A stretch of DNA of 63,385 bases, filler included, from Chrysochromulina tobinii (taxonomy: Eukaryota): assembly GCA_001275005.1 (NCBI GenBank). It is 5 parts of 5 records of this genome, joined end to end, with 100 filler letters (N's around TTAATTAATTAA, not from the genome) between each part and the next. Parts side by side here need not be neighbours in the genome. Positions count along the whole stretch, not along the records: positions 1 to 24,909 come from JWZX01001303.1; positions 25,010 to 37,431 come from JWZX01001304.1; 3 more parts are not named here. One strand, 5' to 3'. Below the pieces are notes generated by a model that made no database searches, was not told where the DNA came from, and worked only from the letters and a program-made list of their open reading frames with translations. The translations under genes were made by a program, and so were the position numbers. Positions 21,924 to 30,140 of this stretch are shown here, in pieces. The first letter of the stretch is position 1. Every line of letters begins with the position of its first letter.

Positions 21924-24443
21924 GTCGGCAGTGCCTGACAACCATGGTCCAGTGCTCGTACTCAGTTATAATCATGCTCTATAAGCCCTCCATACTCAAG
22001 CTCATCATAGTCCTAGCATAGGACAGTAACCAGAACCGCCGAGATGATCGCCGAGATTAACAATCTCGGATATTATCTCGACGATTCCCCGGCGAAATAT
22101 CGCCCGCCAAACCCCCAATCTCACGCGAACCGTCAACTCGACATGAGGGGGTGAATGAACCCATAGACAACCCCGCCACTTCCTGCTTAGAGGGGGTGAC
22201 CAACCTAAAGACCAACCTAAACCTCTTCTAAACCTCAGTAAGCAGGACAGTGTTGACGCTCCCTGGATGCGCGTTCCTCGGGGGTCTCGCGGGCAATGCG
22301 ATTTTCTCGCGCCTTGCACGTCTGCCGTGCCTTACGATCTTCGCGCTGACGGAGTTCCTCGTGCTCGCGTACCTTACTCGTACCTTACTCGTGGCGAGGT
22401 CTTCACGTGCTCGGTGCACTCGGTATCTTTGTAAGTATCTTTGCAGCTCTTCGCGCATCTCGCGAGCTGCCCTTGCCTTACGACTCTCGTGCTGGTACTT
22501 GTGGGCTTCCTGTTCGGATCGAGGTCCTTGGGCGCCTCGGAAGGGTCGGTGGGCTGCTCGGGCGCCTTGCGCTCTGTCTTGGGCTCGGCGAGCTGCTCGG
22601 GCGCCTTGCGCTTACCTTGCGCTCGGCCTTGGGCTTGGTGAGCTGTGCTCGGGCGCCTTGCACTCGGTCTTGGGCTCCGTGAGCTGCTCAGGCGCCTTGT
22701 GCTCGATTTCGGGCTCGGTGAGCTGCTCGGACGTCTTACGCTCGGTGAGCTTCTTGCGCATCGCGTGCCGCTCCCGCGCCATGCGCTCCTCGAGCTGCTT
22801 GAGCTCCTTGCGCGCGGCGAGTTCGTTGCGGACCACGCGCGCGGCGATCTCCTTGTTGGTCATCGCAGTCTTCGAGAACAGCTCGAGCTCCTTGAGCTTG
22901 TCCAGCGCCCTGAGCTCCAGGGTGAGGGTGGCGATGGGGTCGAGCTCAGCGAGGTCAGGCTCGCACTCGTTCCTCTCGTCGATGATTGTCTCGGACTCCG
23001 CGGTTCTGCCCTGGGCGATCGTCTCGTGCGGGGTCGTCTTCAGCGGGCGCGCCTCGGTGAGCACGTCGTAGTGATCCGACTCGAGCACAAGGTCGACGGG
23101 GGTGGTAGAGAAGCCTTCCTCTCCGAGCACGGCGCGAAGATTGAAGAGTCCGTCGCCGACATTCACGAAGACGCGGATGGTACGGTGCCAGACCTGCGAG
23201 GCCGCGACGAGCTCTGGCAGACCGGCCCATGTATGCTCATGCTGCATGCGGGCGCAGTATGCAGACCACACCTCGCCCGTCTCGTACATTACGTGCTCAG
23301 ACAGGGTGCATGATTGGAGTGGGGTGTTGGGGTGGGCTTTGAGCCAGGCCGAGATTTTTCCGCGCACTTGCTTCTTGTCCTCGCTGTGCACGATCATCGC
23401 GAGCGATGCTGAGAAAAAGCAATCGCCGTCCTTGTCGACGCGCTTGGGCTTCCCAGTGAAGAGGTCCATGTCGCCGTTGATGATGACCGTGGTCGGCGAG
23501 GTGTTTCTGCGCTGTCTCATCTCCATCGTGCGCACCGCGCGCGACGTGGCGGTGCCTGGCGGCTCGGCTGCCTGCGGCGCTGCAGTAACTGCAGCGTGCG
23601 TCTTGGCGATTGTGTTCTTCGCCCAGAACGCGCTCGAGCGCGCGGAGTCGGTGATGATGGTCTGTTGGGCCGTGTGGTTGGCAGTGTCGCTCAGCTTCAG
23701 TGACTTGCTGACCGCATGAAAGAGAAATGTTCCGTCACCGGGCACCTTGGCGCGCGTGCCGGAGAGATCGTCTGCAGCGTGATGCGTGTCGGCAGCGGCC
23801 TTCAGGTTGGCTGTCGGTGGCGCGCGCGGCTTGGCGACGTCGATGGCGGTGCTCGGTGGGATGGTGCTGCGCTTGATGCTCTCGTCCGTGCGCGTCGCGT
23901 GCAGCGACGTGGCGAGCTTCGGCTGCCCTGCCATCTGCGAAGCTGCTGCGGTGACCGCAGTGTTCGTAAATGTCGTCTTGGCGGTCGTCGCGTGTGTCAG
24001 GTGAGACGCAAAACAGCCCAGCCCCTCCGCGCTTCGACCGCCGCACTGTTCGGGAAGTGCGTACGGCGGGAGACGGGGCACGGTGTTGATTCCAAAAGTC
24101 GTTGTCTGCTTTGCCTGCGGAGCTGCGGAGACCGCAGCGTTCGTAGATGTCTTCGCATCCGTCGAGTTTTTCGACGATATCGGCGCTGAAGGGACCTGCA
24201 GAAAGCTCTCTTTCGTGCGCTTCTGCTGGTGCGAAGATGGCTTGTAGATGCGGTTCGGGTCGTGAGGTCTGGTCGAGGGCGTGGGGCTGCAGGATTTGGC
24301 AGGGATTTGATGGTCACCGGGCACTTCGAGTTCCCCGATTGACCCCGTCCGGCGGCTACCAATGATGAGCTTGAGTATGGAGGGCTTATAGAGCATGATT
24401 ATAACTGAGTACGAGCACTGGTTGGTTGTCAGGCACTGCCGAC
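21924..24443. mobile_element. 2.5-kb segment bounded by about 85-bp inverted repeats (21924-22008 / 24362-24443), carrying an OTU ORF
   Basis: 60-bp perfect inverted match (CCAGTGCTCGTACTCAGTTATAATCATGCTCTATAAGCCCTCCATACTCAAGCTCATCAT) plus an outer 21-bp match (GTCGGCAGTGCCTGACAACCA). No TSD or transposase seen. Confidence 0.5.
22612..24396 (-). CDS. OTU-like cysteine protease (deubiquitinase) domain protein with coiled coil and 13-aa C-terminal repeats; possibly frameshifted near 22645
   Basis: RVDKDGDCFFSA..WAGLPELVAASQVW..IRVF..HYDVL gives the OTU Cys/His motifs. KAPEQLxEPKTE repeats continue in another frame below 22650. Confidence 0.7.
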   Translation of the reverse strand: MLYKPSILKLIIGSRRTGSIGELEVPGDHQIPAKSCSPTPSTRPHDPNRIYKPSSHQQKRTKESFLQVPSAPISSKNSTDAKTSTNAAVSAAPQAKQTTTFGINTVPRLPPYALPEQCGGRSAEGLGCFASHLTHATTAKTTFTNTAVTAAASQMAGQPKLATSLHATRTDESIKRSTIPPSTAIDVAKPRAPPTANLKAAADTHHAADDLSGTRAKVPGDGTFLFHAVSKSLKLSDTANHTAQQTIITDSARSSAFWAKNTIAKTHAAVTAAPQAAEPPGTATSRAVRTMEMRQRRNTSPTTVIINGDMDLFTGKPKRVDKDGDCFFSASLAMIVHSEDKKQVRGKISAWLKAHPNTPLQSCTLSEHVMYETGEVWSAYCARMQHEHTWAGLPELVAASQVWHRTIRVFVNVGDGLFNLRAVLGEEGFSTTPVDLVLESDHYDVLTEARPLKTTPHETIAQGRTAESETIIDERNECEPDLAELDPIATLTLELRALDKLKELELFSKTAMTNKEIAARVVRNELAARKELKQLEERMARERHAMRKKLTERKTSEQLTEPEIEHKAPEQLTEPKTECKAPEHSSPSPRPSAR

Positions 24444-24909
24444 GACGACGGATCTATCGGGACACTCTCGTGGCCACTGCGAACAGGAATCCGTTGGATT
24501 CAAAACATGGCCACGAGCTTGTATACATGCTGCGTGTGCTGCTATGGGATACCCTAGGAGCCTCAGTGGGTATCTCGACCTGAACCCCGTATTGTTCCAC
24601 GGTGTGTCTGTGTCTCAATAACTCACTCACTCACTCACACTCAGCGCTCCTACGTTCGTTCCTACACTCTTGGAGCTCGGGGCTCACTACACATTTGGAA
24701 GTGCAGGGGAAGGTCAACACCTAATCCTGGGGACCGTGAAAAAGGAACGTGTTTGTGTGTTGTGAATGAAAAAGGCGAGCGCTGCAGCCTCTTCAGGGAC
24801 TTCAGGGTACATAGTACTCTGCCACACCACACACAGTGCACAATGCACTGTCTGAGAGACAGAAAAGCGTTGAGATTTGAAAGCACTGTGCACTCAGTGC
24901 ACAAAGAAC

Positions 24910-25009
24910 NNNNNNNNNNNNNNNNNNNNNNNNNNNNNNNNNNNNNNNNNNNNTTAATTAATTAANNNNNNNNNNNNNNNNNNNNNNNNNNNNNNNNNNN
25001 NNNNNNNNN
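24910..25009. other. Artificial contig linker
   Basis: 44 N + TTAATTAATTAA (stops in six frames) + 44 N. Confidence 0.97.
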
Positions 25010-25525
25010 GTTCGTCTTATTGATAAAGACGCAGAATTCGTCGAAGTCGAGGGTGCCATTATTATCTTCGTCAACGGTCGAGAAGATCTCATCAAACATC
25101 GGCTTTGGTATCGTGTAGCCGCACCGAAGGACTGCGTCGGCGAGCTCATCCTTCGTCAGTTTGCCATCACCGTCGTCATACTGGAAGAAGATGGCCCGAA
25201 GCTCGGCCTCCGGGACACCCTTGTCGGGACCCCACTCGAAGATCCCACTCAACTGGCCAGCCAATGCAGCAGATGCCCCCTTGTCCAGCCCGAATGTGGG
25301 CGCGCTTGGTGGTCTATCGGCCATCGCCTTCTCCGCCGCCGCCTTCTCAGCCGCCGCCTGCTCGGCCGCCGCCTTCAAGAGTATGTCGGTGGAAGGCGGC
25401 TGTAAAGGCGAGGCGAACATACGAACTTGACCCAAAGTCGAGTGGCCCAATGCGGAGGGGTGCCCACATACGCGCGTTGGCGACGCGGGTACCCAAGCTA
25501 GCGCAGCAAGGACGTCTGTCCGCAT
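25010..25525 (-). CDS. 5' part of a tandem paralog of the EF-hand/theta-CA gene (truncated by contig end)
   Basis: 25010-25212 is nearly identical to 27354-27556 (EF-hand pair), and the targeting peptide is similar to 27600-27725. It has an extra AAAEKAAAEK-containing insert. Confidence 0.75.
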
Positions 25526-26168
25526 CGACCCGCGGAAAGTGCTCAAGTTCAGTACCGTACATTGTAGAGGATACGTGCACAGTAAAGTACTGTGAATGAA
25601 CTGCTGTTCATTCACACCATACGTAAACAGCAACACAGCACTCTCGAAATACTGTTCATTCACAACACACCAACACATACAACGCAATCTCAAATACGTG
25701 GAAGGCAACACTCTACACTGTTCACATTCATTTATGAAAACACACCACATGTGTGTGAGCCACTGTGAACTGTGCCGCGGAGCGCAATATCGGTCACACC
25801 GCGAGAGTTGCATGCAAACAGACCAACTCGGGTACACCTAGACTTGTGACACCCTTTTTAGGTTCGGTTCTGATAACTGAGCGACCCAGAACAGATCTAT
25901 TTCCACGTTCTTTGCGGCCCCCGGCCCCTAAATCGGAACCGGGTACGGACGTGTGTCCTGTCCCCCGGCAAACTCTGTGAACACAAACCTCGTGTGACAA
26001 GACGTTCGCGGGGATCAAGGAGTCGAGCGTCTCTCGCTCTGGGAATTGGGAGTCGGCTCCGTGGTGCCTGTTTAATGTCACCGGGGCAGCTCCACCACCA
26101 CGAGCTCCGTCTGCACGGGATGGTTCCCGTTAGGCTCGGGTGCTCAACGCGGGTGGAGTGCGCGCTTT

Positions 26169-27725
26169 TCAGCTGCCGAACCCCTTCAATCGAGCTTCTT
26201 CAAGCTTCTTCAAGAGCACCTTGGCCTTTCGAGCATCCGGGTTGCTCCGATCGAGCACCCGTTTCGCGACGTCTTGGGAGCCCAGAATCGGCACGAGGTC
26301 GGGTTTCGCGCCAAACGTCTCCGCAAACAGGTCAGAAGGTGTGAGGTACTGGAGTTGTTTGGTGCGCAGCTCGAAGCTTAGAGGCTGGAAAAAGTCGCCT
26401 CCAGTCCTGCGGTTGATCATGATGCCGCCGACGATGGCGACCTCGGTGGCCCAATCCCACACGTCCGACGTCTCCTTGATGCAGTCGTCGAGGAGGTCCC
26501 GCACGATCGTGTACATCTGATACGTGACATACGTGATCGGATCCCCAGCCTTCTCGATGCCCGGAATGAGCGGTTTGAGGCGGTCGATGATGATGCCAAG
26601 CTCAGGGTCGAACTCATAGTCAGCCTCCTTTGTGTCCAGCATGGTCATCAGCGAGGCCGGCAGCAACTGCGGATTCTTCACGGCCTTCTCCGCTTCGTCC
26701 TTGATCGCCTTGTACGAGCCCACGGCCGCACCGCACGCCTTAGAGACCTGGGACTGGCCCTCTCTCTCCAGAGCGCCTATCACGCCGTACGCATCGATGC
26801 CAACGTGCGGTGCGAAGAAGATGAGCAGTTTGCCGTTGTCCGGCACGTGGTGAAGAAACGCACGGAAGCCGGACTTGCCTGCGAACGGCAGGCCGCCCAA
26901 GCCGCCCAGAGAGAATCCCTCTTGCCATCGCGACACCATCAGATTTACGAGCTCCTCTGCGTTCTGGTTCACCTCGTCCGAGCACACGCTGTGGGCGAAG
27001 AGCGTGTTGGCGGGGGTGAAGCCGCGCCGGTAGAGGGTGCTCGCCACCTTGGCGTCGAGATCACTCGAGAGGAGCGCAGTGGGGAAGTATTTGTTCTGCG
27101 CCGCCTCCGCCTTGGGGTCCACATAGATGCCACGGAAGGTCTTCTGCGCCCAAGCGTATTCGTCGTCGTATCTGCTGACGCCGAAGGCTGCAATAGTTGA
27201 GAGAGCCACGAAGAGAACGGTACGGCGCCGCGCTAGGAGATCCCGATTTGCAGCAAACTGCGCAAACTCAAACTTGTCGACGGACCCGCTGTTGTCCGCG
27301 TCGTAAGTCCTGAAGAGATCCATCGCGTCTATGACGCTCTGCTGTGGCTTCAAGTTCGTCTTATTGATAAAGACGCAGAATTCGTCGAAGTCGAGGGTGC
27401 CATTATTATCTTCGTCAACGGTCGAGAAGATCTCATCAAACGTCGGCTTTGGTATCGTGTAGCCGCACCGAAGAACTGCGTCGGCGAGCTCATCCTTCGT
27501 CAGTTTGCCATCACCGTCGTCATACTGGAAGAAGATGGCCCGAAGCTCGGCCTCCGAGGACTTGGCCTCACCCAAAAGAAGGCGGTCGAAGAGGGGAGGC
27601 GGTGAAGGCGAGGCGGTCATACGGACTTGACCCAAAGTCGAGTGGCTCAACGCGGAGGGGTGGCCACATACGCGCGTTGGCGACGCGGGTACCCAAGCGA
27701 GTGCAGCAAAGACGGCTATCAGCAT
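26169..27725 (-). CDS. EF-hand-containing LCIB/LCIC-family (theta-type) carbonic anhydrase, plastid-targeted
   Basis: Signal plus transit-like N-terminus; three EF-hand loops (DDGDGKLTKDE, DEDNNGTLDFDE, DADNSGSVDKFE); RRR plus hydrophobic helix; LCIB motifs HSVCSDEVN, LGGLGGLPFAGKSGF..HHVP, APHVGI, ACGA, GGIMIN. Confidence 0.88.
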   Translation of the reverse strand: MLIAVFAALAWVPASPTRVCGHPSALSHSTLGQVRMTASPSPPPLFDRLLLGEAKSSEAELRAIFFQYDDGDGKLTKDELADAVLRCGYTIPKPTFDEIFSTVDEDNNGTLDFDEFCVFINKTNLKPQQSVIDAMDLFRTYDADNSGSVDKFEFAQFAANRDLLARRRTVLFVALSTIAAFGVSRYDDEYAWAQKTFRGIYVDPKAEAAQNKYFPTALLSSDLDAKVASTLYRRGFTPANTLFAHSVCSDEVNQNAEELVNLMVSRWQEGFSLGGLGGLPFAGKSGFRAFLHHVPDNGKLLIFFAPHVGIDAYGVIGALEREGQSQVSKACGAAVGSYKAIKDEAEKAVKNPQLLPASLMTMLDTKEADYEFDPELGIIIDRLKPLIPGIEKAGDPITYVTYQMYTIVRDLLDDCIKETSDVWDWATEVAIVGGIMINRRTGGDFFQPLSFELRTKQLQYLTPSDLFAETFGAKPDLVPILGSQDVAKRVLDRSNPDARKAKVLLKKLEEARLKGFGS

Positions 27726-28841
27726 CGACCCGACGGAAGTCGACGTGAGAGAGCTCACGTGACCTGAGCGCGCGTGCTCTGATTTCTTCGTGTTTCTATA
27801 TTTGCTATGTCGGACCCGGAATTACCCGAGATTCCCATATGTGACGAATCTCATGGCTGCCTAATGAAGAGAAGACGAAACCCTGGGAAATGTTTATTTC
27901 TTAGATACCGGGTACGTAAGTGTCAAGTCAAGTCAAGTCAAGCCAAATCAAGCCTTGACTTGTACCGGGTAAGTGCTAACCCATCGTGAGGGAGCGACCG
28001 ACCTCGCACGAGTTTAAGCTTTAACCCAAGACCGGCTGTGTAGATGGCGTCCGTCTGCTCGGCGGTGAGAGCGCCGCTGTGAAACATCTCGGAGTACATG
28101 AAGGCTCGAATTTTGCATTGCCCCATGTATGTACGTACCCTCACCGTCCGCGCGGTGCGGGTGGCACCGGTGGCCCGGCGAGGCGCTCGTGTTGAGAGTT
28201 GACTAACGTGATAACAGTCTTGTCGAGAGAAACGTGCAGGTCGCGATAAAGCAGTGGCGCTCATCATGGCGCAAGTCAAGCAGCTGAGCTCCGTGTGACG
28301 AGATTTCGTACCGGGCAGTCCCGCGAGGCCACCTGCCCCTGACCCCCTGTGCCCCACCTTGACCCAGACGCTTCCCAGCTCCGGCCCTCCGCATAAGCTC
28401 CGCAAATGCACGATACGCCTCCGCCGTGCTCGGGTACCCATGATTAAATGGACGCACTCAGGGCAATTAAATTCGGCAATAGGGTCCATCAGGGACAATC
28501 AGGGAAAATCAGGGAGGATCGGGTAACTGATGAGGGATACAATCAGAGGCATTCCGGTGGGCAATCGGGCACGGGAGCGGATCGGGTGTACCTCATGAGG
28601 GACGCAATCACTTCAGCATGGCAATCAGTCACAGTACGCAGTCGCAGACCGCGGCAGACGTGTCATCACGGGTACGAGGTTTCAGGTTACAGTACGTTAG
28701 TAGTACGGACGAACGCGACGCGTGTGAAGTTCATGTTCCCCCCCCACTCAGTAAAAAATTCCACGCGGTCGTCCACACGCTGCGTCGTTTACGTCCTATA
28801 CTCACATTACTGACTGATGCCGGTATAGGGTATAGTTTCTG

Positions 28842-29507
28842 TCAAGCGTCCCACCTTCTCGCGCCGGCTGACCGCTCGCGCCTCGCGCCGAACTCGAACG
28901 GGTTGCCGCCGCCGGCCGCCGGTGAGGCCGTCGGAGACGCCGCGCCTGGCCTCGCGCTGTTCGACTCCCAGAATCGTCGCATGGCCTCGCTGTAGCCGGG
29001 GACGGCAACGCGCGAGAGCGCGTTGCCGAAGGAAGCAGCCACGCTCGGGCTGGTGCTGAACGACACCCACGAGTGGCCGCTGAGGATATTGTCAATCTCC
29101 TCGACAATCTCCGGCTGCGGGTGGCCGACGCCGACTACAGCCTTCCAGAACGTGATGTACTCGTCCCAAGTGATGCTGTCGTTGCCATCCGCGTCAAGCT
29201 GATCGAACATGGATGAGGCGTTCACACGCGCAAAGTTCGAGCCCCAATATGCGGTCGCCTCTGCTCTGCTGAGCTCTCCGTTTCCGTCAGTGTCGATGGC
29301 CTGGAAGAGCTCCCGCAGCTTCTTCAGCAAATTTTTCTGCAGCGTGACGCCTGCCGCGAGTTGCTCGATGGGTACCTCGCCAATGAGCCGGCCTTCGGCA
29401 GACCACCTGTAGCGCTGCGTCTTAGGCTCGTCGATTTTCTGCCGTTGGGCCAGCAGCGACTCAGCCTGCTGGCGCTCGATTGAAGCCTCGTCCCACTTCA
29501 AGGGCAT
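28842..29507 (-). CDS. Small EF-hand calcium-binding protein
   Basis: DTDGNGELSRAE and DADGNDSITWDE loops. Likely start MPLKWDE at 29507; the ORF is open further upstream. Confidence 0.8.
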   Translation of the reverse strand: MPLKWDEASIERQQAESLLAQRQKIDEPKTQRYRWSAEGRLIGEVPIEQLAAGVTLQKNLLKKLRELFQAIDTDGNGELSRAEATAYWGSNFARVNASSMFDQLDADGNDSITWDEYITFWKAVVGVGHPQPEIVEEIDNILSGHSWVSFSTSPSVAASFGNALSRVAVPGYSEAMRRFWESNSARPGAASPTASPAAGGGNPFEFGARRERSAGARRWDA

Positions 29508-30140
29508 GACTGGAAGCCCAGCGAAGACTTCAAACAGGGCGATGGATGGATGGTTGGTCTGACACGCGCCGCGGCTGCATTCTTGCAAATCCAAACTTTC
29601 AACTTTGGCAAGAAGTTTTGAGAAACAGAGAGGGAAAACGCTATTAAAAACCGGAAATCGCATGAACATCCACGTTGAACGCAAGAACCAGACCAGCGGC
29701 TCACGACACCGAGATTGCAGAGCGATTCCGAGGCGGCTGAATTTGGGCTGATCGTCAAGCGTGAGGTCGCGCATGCTGAGCGGCGGCGGCGCATGCACGG
29801 CGGGAGCAAGACACACCCCCGCAGAGGCAGCGCCGCCGCTCATGAGGGGGAAGGCACGCTTCTTACGGCTGGCCCGAGGGAGGCTCGCGGCTACTTGAAG
29901 CAGGGGCAGCAGCACTCGACCGCTTCCTGAATGCATTCCCCCAGGCAGGGCGGCTGCTCGCAGCAGCGCCACGTCGAGCTGCCACACCTCCACTCCCAGA
30001 AACAGACCCTGAGCATAGCGAGCCGGTCGGAGCAGGCGTGAGGGGCAGGGGGCGCTCAGCGGTGGGAGCACACGAGGGGCGCGCGGGGCGGGGACGAGCC
30101 GAGCGGTGCGAAAGGCTGGGGGTTCGAAAACTTCAGGGAG

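Noticed and set aside
24729..25921. Possible TIR element spanning the first gap (GTGTGTTGTGAATGAA in inverted orientation on both sides)
   Set aside because: The similarity is short, there is no TSD, and the halves lie on different contigs joined artificially.
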